A program made the translations under genes and the position numbers. A DNA stretch of 63,585 nucleotides, the filler included, from Myxococcota bacterium (GTDB lineage: Bacteria; Myxococcota; Myxococcia; Myxococcales; Myxococcaceae), in assembly GCA_049322255.1 (NCBI GenBank). It is 4 parts of 4 records of this genome, joined end to end, with 100 filler letters (N's around TTAATTAATTAA, not from the genome) between each part and the next. Parts side by side here need not be neighbours in the genome. Positions count along the whole stretch, not along the records: positions 35,677 to 51,743 come from JBMORE010000096.1; positions 51,844 to 63,585 come from JBMORE010000122.1; 2 more parts are not named here. One strand, written 5' to 3'. Positions 49,638 to 60,601 of this stretch are shown piece after piece. How positions within the stretch are numbered: the stretch's first letter is position 1; the number at the start of each line of letters is the position of its first letter. The notes beneath the pieces were generated by a model that had not been told where the DNA came from, made no database searches, and was given only the letters and a program-made list of their open reading frames with translations.

Positions 49638-50789
49638 TCACGAGCGAGCCCTTTCGGTGAGCTTGGCCACCACGAAGGCACGCGCCTCCTCGGGGGAGGA
49701 GGGTAGGTCGAGCCCAAGAAGGGAGGCCCCCAGTGCGCGAAAAAGCGTCGGCCCGGCGAGGTAACGACGTCCGCGTCGCATTCCTTGGGCTTCGAGAAGG
49801 CCGGCGGCGGTCGCCGTTGCCAAGTCGTGGGTGGCCGTGGCGGGGCTCACGTCGGCCACCGACCGGTAGTATCCGGCGGTCACGTTCCGGCCGAAGAATG
49901 CATCCCACAGTGCGTTCGCCAGCCGCAGCGGAAGGTCTTTTTCCCCGAGGAAGTTCTCCAGCGCGGTCCAAATCTGACGCTCGACATGCTCGCGCAGCTC
50001 GAGCGCGCGCACCTGGCTCAATTGCGCCTGCACGTGTGCTCGGCAAAACGGCGTCACGTCCGTGTGACGGTCGAAGCGCGTGCCCAGGCAGCGGAAAGAA
50101 CTGTAGTAGTCCGTTCGGTGACGCCCCCACCATTCTTCGAGCGAAGTGAACTGGGGGCGGCGAAAGCCGCCGCGGTACATGGCGAGCGATGCGAGGATGC
50201 GCGCGACCCGGCCATTCCCATCGGAGAAGGGATGGATGGCAGCCACCGCAATGTGGATCCATGCTGCGGCGAGCGCCGGGTGACCGACGAATCCCTCCAT
50301 GAAGCGACATGCTTCATCGACGAGGGGCGGAACCTCTTCGCCGGGCGGCGGAAGGAAGATTTGTTCTCCGCTCCTGCTGTCGACAACGTACCGCTGGTCT
50401 GTTCGGAGACGCCCGGCTCCCAGGGCAAAGCTCCCTCCCAGGACCCGGTCATGGAGGCTGACGAGGAGCTCACGGTCCCAGTGAAAGCTCGGGTCGTCGG
50501 CTCGCCGGAGCACAAAGCTCATCGCCTCGCGATAGCCCTCCACCAGGGCGCGATTTTCCTCAGTGACCTCCGGCGGGCGCTCTCCGGCGAGGATCCGCCG
50601 CACCTCCTCCACCGTCACCGGCACGCCTTCCATGATGGTGGATGCCGCCACGGCCTCCGCCTCGAGGTCTCGCCGTAAGCGCCCCACCCAGGTGCGGGCC
50701 AATGGCCCCGTGCCATCCAAGCGCGCCCTCCAGGCCTCGATCTCCTGGCTCACGCCGGATAAGTCATCGAAATCACATGGAAAAAGCAT
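49638..50789 (-). CDS. Fic-family protein with C-terminal winged HTH
   Basis: STIMEG; HPFSDGNGRVAR catalytic motif; TATHDL..G.RRGRRY. Confidence 0.92.
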   Translation of the reverse strand: MLFPCDFDDLSGVSQEIEAWRARLDGTGPLARTWVGRLRRDLEAEAVAASTIMEGVPVTVEEVRRILAGERPPEVTEENRALVEGYREAMSFVLRRADDPSFHWDRELLVSLHDRVLGGSFALGAGRLRTDQRYVVDSRSGEQIFLPPPGEEVPPLVDEACRFMEGFVGHPALAAAWIHIAVAAIHPFSDGNGRVARILASLAMYRGGFRRPQFTSLEEWWGRHRTDYYSSFRCLGTRFDRHTDVTPFCRAHVQAQLSQVRALELREHVERQIWTALENFLGEKDLPLRLANALWDAFFGRNVTAGYYRSVADVSPATATHDLATATAAGLLEAQGMRRGRRYLAGPTLFRALGASLLGLDLPSSPEEARAFVVAKLTERARS

Positions 50790-50985
50790 GAGTGAATGTT
50801 ATCGCTTAAATGCTAGTGATTCAATATGGAGCGGAAACGACAATCGCGTAATTACCCGAGAGAGTTCGAGGACGAGTCACGGCAGCCATCACACAGCAAT
50901 CTGCCATGGTGCGGACTTGCTGCCGGGAAGGGGTTGAACGTCTTCTCCGCCGTGGAGGTATGTTAACGAAGGGAGGCTCATCTCC

Positions 50986-51519
50986 ATGGTCTTTTTCTTG
51001 GCATCCATGGCGTCGGGGGCAATGCTCGGGTACGTCGTGGGCACGACGCGTGCGCAGCTTCGGGACTCGACGGATCGGTCCGCTCAACCTGCGGGTAGTC
51101 GACTGCGGCGCAGGCCGTTCCGAGTCAGTCAGCCACCCGGATGGACGCTGGATAAGAACGACCCCCACGTCGAGCCAGAACGGGCTCTAAAATTGCTCGG
51201 TCCTGAAGTCGCCATCTTTCATGTCGAAGTGCTGAAGGGTCTGGCCGACGCTGCAAAGATCGTCGAGACGAATGTGGAGGGCTTCTCCAGCGGCTATTCT
51301 TCACCACCTAGACGCACCCCATTTACCCAATGGGGATCATATCAAGGAGTAGGTGCCATTCTCGACGGAACCGGAACATCGGGTTATCCGCTCCGCAGTC
51401 GCGTCTTCGCCCATGTCGTTGGCGGGAAGGGGTTCGCGGTGTACGAAACGCGTGGACAATCGACCAAAGATGACCACGGGCTTCAAATGATCGAGTCGTC
51501 GTTCGAGTTGCTGCCCTGA
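50986..51519 (+). CDS. Hypothetical membrane-anchored protein
   Basis: GGAGG RBS; N-terminal hydrophobic segment; lower GC. Confidence 0.55.
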   Translation: MVFFLASMASGAMLGYVVGTTRAQLRDSTDRSAQPAGSRLRRRPFRVSQPPGWTLDKNDPHVEPERALKLLGPEVAIFHVEVLKGLADAAKIVETNVEGFSSGYSSPPRRTPFTQWGSYQGVGAILDGTGTSGYPLRSRVFAHVVGGKGFAVYETRGQSTKDDHGLQMIESSFELLP

Positions 51520-51743
51520 CGCGGTTCTGTTGGCGCGCTGGGCGCCAACAACGGCAGAGCGCCTTCACCGAGCAGCGGGTGCGGTTGCCCTTTGAAGACA
51601 CGCCGGCCCTCCAGGGTGAGCTCCCACGCCAAGCCGCGTTTGCTCAGCTCGGCGCTGTAGATGGAATCTGCCCGCATGAGGCGAGACACCGCGGAGCTGA
51701 CTTGGGGGCCGGACTGAGCGCAACGACTTGCCGTTGAGCTTCC

Positions 51744-51843
51744 NNNNNNNNNNNNNNNNNNNNNNNNNNNNNNNNNNNNNNNNNNNNTTAATTAATTAAN
51801 NNNNNNNNNNNNNNNNNNNNNNNNNNNNNNNNNNNNNNNNNNN
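51744..51843. other. Scaffold linker
   Basis: N-TTAATTAATTAA-N. Confidence 0.97.
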
Positions 51844-52085
51844 TCATCGACAAGGGTGACGACCACTCGCTCGGGCACCTCGTCGGGCGGGCTGCACCGC
51901 GACAGCACCGGCACCGGTAAGTCGATGCGAGTGGTTACGCCGACGGCAAAGAGCCGGCCCTGAAAATCGCTCACCACCTCCCCGTTCAGCGGCGCCGGGA
52001 TCAAGGTGGGCGGGCACTGGGGCCCGCAGTTGCACCCTGTCGCCACGCCGAGCGCGAGCGCTCCGATCGCCCAGCCTGTTCGCAT
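51844..52085 (-). CDS. Hypothetical lipoprotein (3' truncated)
   Basis: Lipobox ATGC; runs into the linker. Confidence 0.55.
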
Positions 52086-52097
52086 CGGCCTAAACGG

Positions 52098-52649
52098 TCA
52101 GGCCTTCGTGCTGATCGTCAGCTTCTTGATCTTCACGTCGGTCTTCGGCCGATCCCCCGCGCCCTTCGGAAGCTCGTTGGCGATGCGGTTGACCAACTCC
52201 TGGCCCTTGATGACCTCACCGAAGATGGTGTGCTTGTTGTTCAGCCAAGGCGTGGGCACCACGGTGATGAAGAACTGCGAGCCGTTGGTGTTGGGGCCGG
52301 CGTTGGCCATGGCGAGCAAGCCTGGCCGGTCGAACTTCCGACCGCTGTGGAATTCGTCTTCGAATTGGTAGCCAGGGCCGCCGGTGCCGCGACCGAGCGG
52401 GTCGCCGCCCTGCACCATGAAGTCGGCGATGCAGCGGTGAAAGAGCGTGCCGTCGTAGAGCGGAACCCCGCTCTGCTTCTTTCCGGTGCCCGGGTGCGTC
52501 CAGGCCTTTTCTCCAGTGGCCAGACCGACGAAGTTCTCGACGGTCTTCGGCGCATCCTTGGGGAACAAGCGCACGGAGATCTCGCCCTCGGTGGTGTCGA
52601 ACGTCGCGTACAAGTCGTGGCCCGCTCTGGCCTCTTCCATCATTCCCAC
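52098..52649 (-). CDS. Cyclophilin-type peptidyl-prolyl isomerase (no signal peptide)
   Basis: [41 protein letters not shown]. Confidence 0.95.
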   Translation of the reverse strand: MGMMEEARAGHDLYATFDTTEGEISVRLFPKDAPKTVENFVGLATGEKAWTHPGTGKKQSGVPLYDGTLFHRCIADFMVQGGDPLGRGTGGPGYQFEDEFHSGRKFDRPGLLAMANAGPNTNGSQFFITVVPTPWLNNKHTIFGEVIKGQELVNRIANELPKGAGDRPKTDVKIKKLTISTKA

Positions 52650-52674
52650 GGTTCCCTCCTGATTCAGCGCTTCT

Positions 52675-53321
<647 letters not shown>

Positions 53322-53325
<4 letters not shown>

Positions 53326-53978
53326 TGGGGCTTCTCCGCCTTCTTCTCGGGCGCCTTCTTCGCCGGCGATGGGCCTTTGTCGGAGAGCACCACCGACTGG
53401 AGGGTCACCGGCTCGCGCGGGCGATCGTTGGGGCCGCGGGGGACTTTGGAGATCTTCTCCACCACCTCGTAGCCCGCGACCACCTCTCCGAAGATGGTGT
53501 GGCGGTTGTTGAGCCAATGAGGCGTCGAGGTGGTGATGAAGAACTGTGAGCCGTTGGTGTTGGGGCCGGAGTTGGCCATCGCCAAAAGACCCACCTTGTC
53601 GAACTTGCGGCCGCTCTGGAATTCGTCCTCGAACTTGTAGCCGGGCCCGCCGACGCCCTGCCCGAGCGGGTCGCCACCTTGAATCATGAAGCCGTCGATC
53701 ACCCGGTGGAAGACCGTGCCGTTGTAGAGCGGAGTCCCCTTCTGCTCCTTGCCGGTGGCCGGGTGAGTCCACGTCTTCTCGCCACTGGCCAGGCCGACGA
53801 AGTTCTGTACCGTCTTCGGGGCGTCCTTGGGGAAGAGCCGCACCACGACATCGCCCAGGTTGGTCTTGAAGGTGGCGTAGATGTCTTTGCCCTCGGCGGC
53901 GCGCTGGGTCCACTTCCCCTGGGCGAAGGAGGCGGCAGGCGCGGCGGCAACGAGGAGCACGAGAGTGAGCGTTCTCAT
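53322..53978 (-). CDS. Cyclophilin-type PPIase with Sec signal peptide
   Basis: Signal ending ASFA plus cyclophilin motifs. Confidence 0.95.
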
Positions 53979-54019
53979 GCGGCGGAATCTACCTTCCAGC
54001 CGCGGCCCGACAAGAAGTT

Positions 54020-54742
54020 TCAGGACTTCCTGTCGTGCGCCGAAAGCATCTGCAGGGTCTGCCGAGCGGCCTCCTGCTCCGCTTCCTTCTTGCTGCGGCC
54101 CGACGCGCGCGCGTACATGCCGTCGCCGATGGTGACTTCGACCTCGAAGACTTTCTCGTGGTCGGGGCCGGTCTCCGAAACCACCCGGTACCGGGGACTT
54201 TGGCGGAGGCGAAGCTGCACATCCTCTTGCAAACGGGTCTTGTAGTCGAAGCCTGAGCGGCCCTCGGCGACCCCCTCGAGCGCGTCTCCAAAGAGGCGAT
54301 CGACCAGCTCCATCACCTTGTTCAAACCCAAAGAAAGGTAGATCGCGCCGAGCACCGCCTCCAGCGCGTCGGCGAGCACCGAGCTCTTCTCGCGGCCTCC
54401 GGTGAGCTCTTCGCCGCGCCCGAGCAAAAGGATTTCTCCCAGCCCGATGCGTCGCGCCACCCTGGCCAGTCCTTCCTCGTTGACGATCAGCGCGCGCAGC
54501 TTGGAAAGCTCGCCTTCGGTGGCCTGGGGAAAGCGCTCCATCAAGCGGTGGCTGATCGCCAGGTCGACCACCGCGTCACCCAAGAACTCGAGGCGTTCGT
54601 TGTGGTCGATCGCTTCCTCGCGGTGCTCGTTGGTGTAGCTCTTGTGGGTGATCGCAGACCGGGCGAGCGTGCGGTCAGGGAAAGGGAGGAGGAGCTTCTC
54701 TTCCAGAGCGCTCACCCGCTGGTCGGCGGTGAGCTTGTCCAT
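54020..54742 (-). CDS. rnc: Ribonuclease III
   Basis: NERLEFLGD, ADALEA; dsRBD motifs DYKTRLQE, GPDH, SKKEAEQ; alternative start 54763. Confidence 0.97.
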   Translation of the reverse strand: MDKLTADQRVSALEEKLLLPFPDRTLARSAITHKSYTNEHREEAIDHNERLEFLGDAVVDLAISHRLMERFPQATEGELSKLRALIVNEEGLARVARRIGLGEILLLGRGEELTGGREKSSVLADALEAVLGAIYLSLGLNKVMELVDRLFGDALEGVAEGRSGFDYKTRLQEDVQLRLRQSPRYRVVSETGPDHEKVFEVEVTIGDGMYARASGRSKKEAEQEAARQTLQMLSAHDRKS

Positions 54743-54794
54743 TTCGCGGCGTATCAAGGCCATGCGACGCCTTCTCGCTTACCTCGAATCGTAG

Positions 54795-55766
54795 TCACTG
54801 CGCCAGCTGGCTGGCCAGCTCATCGGCCAGTGCGTATGGATCGGCCTGGCGCTCGGCGATGCGGGCGGCGACCTCGGCCAGCCGGCCCTTCTCTTTTTCC
54901 AGCCGCGCCAGCGCGCTTTGAAGCAGCCGCTCCCGAAGGAGCGTGACGAACTGCATCGCGGCGCGGCTCTGCTCACGGCGACGGCCTTCCCCACTCGATT
55001 CGAGGTGAGCGCGGTGCGCGTCGATCGCCGCCACCAAGTCGGCGACGCCCTGGTTCTTGGTGGCGACGACCTTGAGGATGGGCGGTTCCCAGCCGAAGTC
55101 GCCCTCCGGTGAGGGCGAACGCACCGCGTGGCGCAGCTCGAGCATGCCGGACAGCTCGCGCACCGTGCGGTCGGCCCCAGAAAGGTCGGCCTTGTTGACC
55201 ACGAAAACGTCGGCGATCTCCAAAATACCGGCCTTGATCGCTTGCACGTCATCGCCCATGCCCGGCACCAGGAGCACCAGGGTGGTGTGCGCCATCTGAG
55301 CGATGTCGATCTCGTCTTGCCCCACTCCCACCGTCTCCACCAGCACCACCTCGCGACCCATCGCGTCCATCACCCGAATGCAGTCGCCGGTGGCGCGCGA
55401 CAGGCCTCCTAGGTGTCCCCGCGTCGCCAAGGAGCGAATGAAGACGCCGGGGTCAGTGGCGTGCTCCTGCATGCGAATACGGTCGCCCAAAATGGCGCCC
55501 CCGGTGAAGGGGCTGGTTGGATCCACCGCGAGCACCCCCACCGTCTTGCCCGCCTGGCGAAAGGCGGCAATCAACCGATCGGTGAGAGTCGACTTGCCTG
55601 CCCCGGGGGCCCCGGTGACGCCGAGCACGTAGGCCTTCCCCGTGTGCGGAAAGAGCGCCTGCAAGGTCCGCACAGCGCTCGGCCGCCCGTCGTCGATGTC
55701 ACGCATCAGCCGCGACGCTGCCCGCACGTCGCCGGCCAAGATGCGGTCCGCCAGCGAGCCGGCCAA
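54795..55766 (-). CDS. meaB: Methylmalonyl-CoA mutase-associated GTPase
   Basis: GAPGAGKST, AVDPTSPFTGGAILGDRIRM, ETVGVGQ, NKAD. Confidence 0.95.
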   Translation of the reverse strand: MAGSLADRILAGDVRAASRLMRDIDDGRPSAVRTLQALFPHTGKAYVLGVTGAPGAGKSTLTDRLIAAFRQAGKTVGVLAVDPTSPFTGGAILGDRIRMQEHATDPGVFIRSLATRGHLGGLSRATGDCIRVMDAMGREVVLVETVGVGQDEIDIAQMAHTTLVLLVPGMGDDVQAIKAGILEIADVFVVNKADLSGADRTVRELSGMLELRHAVRSPSPEGDFGWEPPILKVVATKNQGVADLVAAIDAHRAHLESSGEGRRREQSRAAMQFVTLLRERLLQSALARLEKEKGRLAEVAARIAERQADPYALADELASQLAQ

Positions 55767-56633
55767 TCAGGCGCCTCCGCCTTCGACGAGCTCGATCGAC
55801 GCCTCGGGCACCCCGAGCACCCGGGCCACCAAGGGCACCACGCCCGGGAAAGTGTTCAGCTCGAACCGCTCCGCCCACACCTTTCCCGCCGAGCCCGCGA
55901 GAAGCCCCCGGAACGTACGACCGGACACGCGTGCGGCGGCGAAGCGGTAGGGCTCCCCCTTCACCCGTAGCTCCAGGAGCAGCTCGAGCGGGCTGCGTGA
56001 CGGTAGCATCGCCTGCGCGCCCAGGCGCTCGACGACTTCACCGAAGGTCAGTGGGCCCAGGCGATCGGGCGCTTCAGCGCTGCTCCGCGGCTGAGCGGCT
56101 GGCTCGCCAAAGAGCGCGGTCAGGTAACCCTCGAGGGCTCTCCGATCTCGAAACTCCGATAGCTCGAACGGGTGCGCGCCCGTGATGGGGAGGCTGTTTC
56201 CATCGCGCACCGCGTTCGTCACCCGGAATTGACCCAGCCGATCGGTGGCGATGCCGAATTGGTAGCGACCTGCATCGACGGTGGCAGAGAGGTTCAAGGT
56301 GACCGGATCGACGTGGGGGCTGACACCCAACGCGCTCAGCTCCGCCGAGCGGCGCGAAAGTTGGAAGATGCTCTCGTTGAGAGAATCGGCGAGCTGCCGT
56401 TCAATCTGCGCCGCGTTCGCCACCCGCGGTAGATACACCGGGGGACAACCCACCAGCTCCGGCGGGTCGACCACGACCAGGCGGTCGCCCGACACGGCCA
56501 ACGAGGCACGGGTGAGGAACTGGCGGGTGAGCGGGTTCGTCAGTTTGCCGGTGACCAAGTCCAAGGACACCTCGAGCCTTCCGGCCGCCTCGCGCACCTC
56601 GAGCCCCATCTGTTCCAGTGCTCGCTTGTCCAT
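55767..56633 (-). CDS. Hypothetical protein
   Basis: Fills the operon exactly between the acyl-CoA dehydrogenase and meaB. Confidence 0.75.
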   Translation of the reverse strand: MDKRALEQMGLEVREAAGRLEVSLDLVTGKLTNPLTRQFLTRASLAVSGDRLVVVDPPELVGCPPVYLPRVANAAQIERQLADSLNESIFQLSRRSAELSALGVSPHVDPVTLNLSATVDAGRYQFGIATDRLGQFRVTNAVRDGNSLPITGAHPFELSEFRDRRALEGYLTALFGEPAAQPRSSAEAPDRLGPLTFGEVVERLGAQAMLPSRSPLELLLELRVKGEPYRFAAARVSGRTFRGLLAGSAGKVWAERFELNTFPGVVPLVARVLGVPEASIELVEGGGA

Positions 56634-57775
56634 CAGCTCTCGAACAGCTCACGGGCGATGATTGCACGTTGCACCTCGCTGGTGCCCTCGCCGATCTCGC
56701 ACAGCTTGGCGTCACGGAGGTAACGCTCCACCGGGAACTCGCGGGTGTAACCGTAACCGCCGTGTATCTGCACCGCCTTGTGACAGGCGCGCATCGCCGC
56801 TTCCGACGAAAACAGCTTCGCCATCGAAGCCTCACGGGTGACGGGTTGCCCCGCATCGGCGCGCGATGCAGCACGGTAGACGAGCAGCCGCGCGGCGTCG
56901 ATTTCGGTGCGCATGTCGGCGAGCATCCATCGAATCGCCTGGAACTCCCCGATGGGCTGGCCAAAGGCGACGCGCTCTTTGGAGTAACGCACCGACTCCT
57001 CCAGAGCGCCGCGACCCAGGCCGACCGCGAGCGCGCCGATGGTGATTCGCCCCCGGTCGAGAATGCGCAAGGTGTCGAGAAAGCCATGGTCCACCTCGCC
57101 CAGCCGCTGGCTGTCAGAGACCTCGACGTTCTCCAATACCAGCTCGGCGGTGTCCGAGGAGCGCATGCCGAGCTTGCCGTGAATCGCCCGCTGCGAAAAC
57201 CCTTTCCACCCCTTCTCGAGGATAAAGGCGGTGATGCCTTTGTTCCTCTTCTTGGGCGAGGTCAACGCGAGCACGACGAAGACATCGCCCACGGAGCCTT
57301 GGGTGATGAACATCTTCGTGCCGTTGAGCACCCAGGCGTCGCCCGAGCGCACCGCGGTGGTCTTCAGGCCGGCGGCATCCGACCCGCTGCCGGGCTCGGT
57401 GAGCGCCCAGGCAGCCAACCACTGCCCGGTGGCGAGCTTGGGTAGGTACTTCTTTTTCTGGGCCTCGCTACCGAACAGCCGAAGGTGGCTGCTGCCCAAA
57501 CCGTTGTGGGAGGCGACGGTGAGGGCGAGCGACCCGTCGTAGCGCGCGAGCTCTTCGGTGGCGATGGCCATGGCGAGCGACCCCATGCCCGCACCACCGT
57601 ACTCCTCGGAGACGAGCACCCCGAGCGCCCCCAGCCGTCCCAGCTCCTTCACCGTCTCCAGAGGAAACGTTTGGGTCTCATCCCACTCGCGGGCGTGCGG
57701 CTTCACCTTCTCTTCGCAGAATTCGCGCAGGGAGGCCTGAAGAGCACGGCAATCGTCGGGGAGCTCGAATTCCAT
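56633..57775 (-). CDS. liuA: Acyl-CoA dehydrogenase (isovaleryl-CoA dehydrogenase-like by context)
   Basis: [35 protein letters not shown]; symbol inferred from gene order. Confidence 0.85.
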   Translation of the reverse strand: MEFELPDDCRALQASLREFCEEKVKPHAREWDETQTFPLETVKELGRLGALGVLVSEEYGGAGMGSLAMAIATEELARYDGSLALTVASHNGLGSSHLRLFGSEAQKKKYLPKLATGQWLAAWALTEPGSGSDAAGLKTTAVRSGDAWVLNGTKMFITQGSVGDVFVVLALTSPKKRNKGITAFILEKGWKGFSQRAIHGKLGMRSSDTAELVLENVEVSDSQRLGEVDHGFLDTLRILDRGRITIGALAVGLGRGALEESVRYSKERVAFGQPIGEFQAIRWMLADMRTEIDAARLLVYRAASRADAGQPVTREASMAKLFSSEAAMRACHKAVQIHGGYGYTREFPVERYLRDAKLCEIGEGTSEVQRAIIARELFES

Positions 57776-57795
57776 CGGACGGTGCTTATAGCGAA

Positions 57796-59322
57796 CTACA
57801 CGGGGTAGACGCAGTGCCTCTTGCGCGCCGGAGGGACGTGGCGCTCGGCGTACAGCGAAAAGCGCTTGCTCAGCTCCCCCCGCAGCTGCTCACCGGGGAC
57901 GATGTCGTCGACCACCAGCTCGCTGGCGAGCTTGTAGATGTCGACGTCGGCCCGGTATTCGTCGCGCAGCGTCTGCACGTAGGCGGAGCGGTCGGCCTCT
58001 GGCTTCTCCTGAATCTTGTTGAAGTAGACGGCGTTCACCGCCGCTTCGGGGCCCATCACCGCGATCATCGCCTGCGGCAGCGCCAGGGTGCAGTCGGGAT
58101 TGAAGCCCGGGCCGCTCATCGCGTACAGGCCGGCCCCGTAGGCCTTGCGCACCACCACCGAAATCTTCGGCACCGATGCCTCGCTGACCGCCGAGATCAT
58201 CTTCGCGCCCGCGCGAATGATGCCCGCGCGCTCGACCTTGGTGCCGATCATGAAGCCGGGGACGTCGGCCAAGTAGAGTAGAGGAACATTGAAGGCATCG
58301 CAGAGCCAGATGAAGCGCGCCGCCTTGTCCGCCGAGTCGACGAACAGCACCCCTCCTTTGTACTTGGGCTGATTGGCGACGATACCCACCGGCCGACCAT
58401 CGATGCGGGCCAGCCCAGTGACCAGCTCCTGCGCGAAGAGCTTCTTCACCTCGAACCAGCTGCCCTCGTCGATGAGCTCGGCGATGAGCGAATGGATGTC
58501 GAAGGGCTTGTTCTGATCGGAGGGAATGATTTCTTCGATGCGTCTGCCGGACGCCCGGGGGGGCTTCGCCGCCGTCGACTTGGGCAAGGTCGAGCAGTTC
58601 TGAGGCATGAAGCGGAAGTAGGCCTTGGCCGCCTCGATCGCCTCTGCTTCCGTCTTCACCAAGACGTCACCGCAGCCCGAGATCGAGCAATGCATCTTGG
58701 CGCCGCCCATCTCCTCGAGCGTCACCTTTTCGCCGATCACCATCTCTGCCATGCGCGGGCTGCCCAGGTACATCGAAGCGTTGCCTTCCACCATGATCAC
58801 CAGGTCGCAGAAGGCGGGGATGTATGCGCCGCCCGCGGCCGAGGGGCCGAAGAGCAAGCACACCTGGGGAACCTCTCCCGACAGCTGGACCTCATTGTAG
58901 AAGATGCGACCCGCTCCGCGCCGCCCGGGGAACATCTCCACCTGGTCGGTGATGCGCGCTCCAGCCGAGTCGACCAAATAAAAGAGCGGGCAGCGCAAAG
59001 AGGCAGCCGTCTCTTGAATGCGCAAAATCTTCTCCACGGTGAGCTTGCCCCAGCTGCCGGCTTTCACCGTCGAGTCGTTGGCCATCACCGCCACTGTGCG
59101 GCCCTCGATTCTTCCCAGGCCGGTCACCACCCCATCCGCAGGCAGCTCGGGGTCGACGTTGTTGGCGAGCTTGGCGTCTTCGACGAACGAACCCTCGTCG
59201 AGCAGCAGCCGTAACCGTTCGCGCACGAACAGCTTGCCCTGGCTCTGGTTCTTCTGGTGGTACTTGGGCGCGCCGCCCTTCTCTACCTGGGAAATCTGCT
59301 CTTTGAGGCGCTCGTCGAACAT
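57796..59322 (-). CDS. liuB: Acyl-CoA carboxylase carboxyltransferase subunit (methylcrotonyl-CoA carboxylase beta-like)
   Basis: [39 protein letters not shown]; symbol inferred from gene order. Confidence 0.85.
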   Translation of the reverse strand: MFDERLKEQISQVEKGGAPKYHQKNQSQGKLFVRERLRLLLDEGSFVEDAKLANNVDPELPADGVVTGLGRIEGRTVAVMANDSTVKAGSWGKLTVEKILRIQETAASLRCPLFYLVDSAGARITDQVEMFPGRRGAGRIFYNEVQLSGEVPQVCLLFGPSAAGGAYIPAFCDLVIMVEGNASMYLGSPRMAEMVIGEKVTLEEMGGAKMHCSISGCGDVLVKTEAEAIEAAKAYFRFMPQNCSTLPKSTAAKPPRASGRRIEEIIPSDQNKPFDIHSLIAELIDEGSWFEVKKLFAQELVTGLARIDGRPVGIVANQPKYKGGVLFVDSADKAARFIWLCDAFNVPLLYLADVPGFMIGTKVERAGIIRAGAKMISAVSEASVPKISVVVRKAYGAGLYAMSGPGFNPDCTLALPQAMIAVMGPEAAVNAVYFNKIQEKPEADRSAYVQTLRDEYRADVDIYKLASELVVDDIVPGEQLRGELSKRFSLYAERHVPPARKRHCVYPV

Positions 59323-59440
59323 GGCGCCGCACTTAAGCAGAACGTCACTCGCTCGCCTACCCGCCTGGCTGGGGCTGCACAGGCGAGCGTAGCGTTCCTA
59401 GCTTGGGCAAGGACGCTCAGAAACCCGCAGGCGGAGTCCC

Positions 59441-59767
59441 ATGATGACGAAGATCTACAAGGCGTACCTGTACAAGAACCTGTATCGCGATCTGTCGAGG
59501 TTTTTCAGGAGGAACATGCGGCGCATCGACTTCAACAAGGAGCACTGGTTGCACAGGGCCGGGCTGACCACCTACCACCCGGTGCGGACCGTGCTGAGCG
59601 GAAGCGCGCTCTTCCTGTGCGGGACGTTGTGTGGTGCGGCCGTGGCGTTGATGTTCGCTCCCAAGACAGGGGTCGAGCTCCGCACCGAGATGCGAGATCG
59701 GGCGCGGCGCATCGGAAGCCAAGCGCAGGCGCAGCTCAAAGAGCGCATGCAGCCGGCGCAGGCCTAG
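59441..59767 (+). CDS. YtxH-domain protein
   Basis: [17 protein letters not shown] motif; GGAG RBS. Confidence 0.8.
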   Translation: MMTKIYKAYLYKNLYRDLSRFFRRNMRRIDFNKEHWLHRAGLTTYHPVRTVLSGSALFLCGTLCGAAVALMFAPKTGVELRTEMRDRARRIGSQAQAQLKERMQPAQA

Positions 59768-60540
59768 CGCCCGATGAACCTCGGCGGCCGCTTCTGAGCG
59801 AAGGCGCGTAGGCCCTCCTGGCGGTCTTCTGTGGGGAGGGTCTTGGCATAGTGCTGTTGCTCGAGCTCGAGTGCGGCGTCCAGCTCGAGCGACAAGCCTT
59901 CGTCGATGGCGTGCTTGGCCGCCGCCACCGCGATGGGCGCGTTCTGCGCAATCGTCATCGCCAGCGCGCGCGCGGTCTCTAACAGTGTGGTCGCGGGGGC
60001 CACGCGGTTCACCAGCCCCAAACCGAGCGCCTCGTGGGCGGTGACCCGCCTACCGGTGAGGATGAGGTCTTTCGCCCGCCCGGGACCGATCAGACGCGGT
60101 AACCTCTGGGTGCCTCCGCCGCCGGGAATGATGCCCAAAGTCACCTCGGTGAGGCCGAGCTCGGCGTGCGGCGCCGCGACACGCAGGTCGCAGCAGAGCG
60201 CGAGCTCGGTGCCGCCTCCGAAGGCGAAGCCGTTGAGGGCGGCGATGAAGACACAGTCAGATCGCTCGATCGCGCAGAAGGTGCGGCGCAGCTCGTCGAG
60301 AAAGGCGCGCACCTCGGGCTCGCTCATCGTGGTCCGCTCCTTCAGGTCGGCTCCCGCGCAGAAGGCTTTGTCCCCTGCCCCGGTGAGCACCACCGCACGC
60401 ACCTCACGGTCGGTTGAAACCCGTTCGACCAGTGAGGCGAGCTCGTCGAGCATCGCGCGGCCGATGGCGTTGCGTCGAGCCTCGCTGTCGATCGTCCACG
60501 TCTCGATGCCGCCCTCGCGCTCGATTCGAAATTCACTCAT
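59764..60540 (-). CDS. liuC: Enoyl-CoA hydratase (methylglutaconyl-CoA hydratase-like)
   Basis: [37 protein letters not shown]; symbol inferred from context. Confidence 0.85.
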   Translation of the reverse strand: MSEFRIEREGGIETWTIDSEARRNAIGRAMLDELASLVERVSTDREVRAVVLTGAGDKAFCAGADLKERTTMSEPEVRAFLDELRRTFCAIERSDCVFIAALNGFAFGGGTELALCCDLRVAAPHAELGLTEVTLGIIPGGGGTQRLPRLIGPGRAKDLILTGRRVTAHEALGLGLVNRVAPATTLLETARALAMTIAQNAPIAVAAAKHAIDEGLSLELDAALELEQQHYAKTLPTEDRQEGLRAFAQKRPPRFIGR

Positions 60541-60601
60541 CGCAGCGCCAACCCCAATGTCATTCGCTGTCTTTCCTAAGAAGGCGTTACATTCGCGCCC
60601 C

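Noticed and set aside
51483..51743. Minus-strand ORF fragment at scaffold end
   Set aside because: No start, no motif, and overlaps the neighbouring gene end
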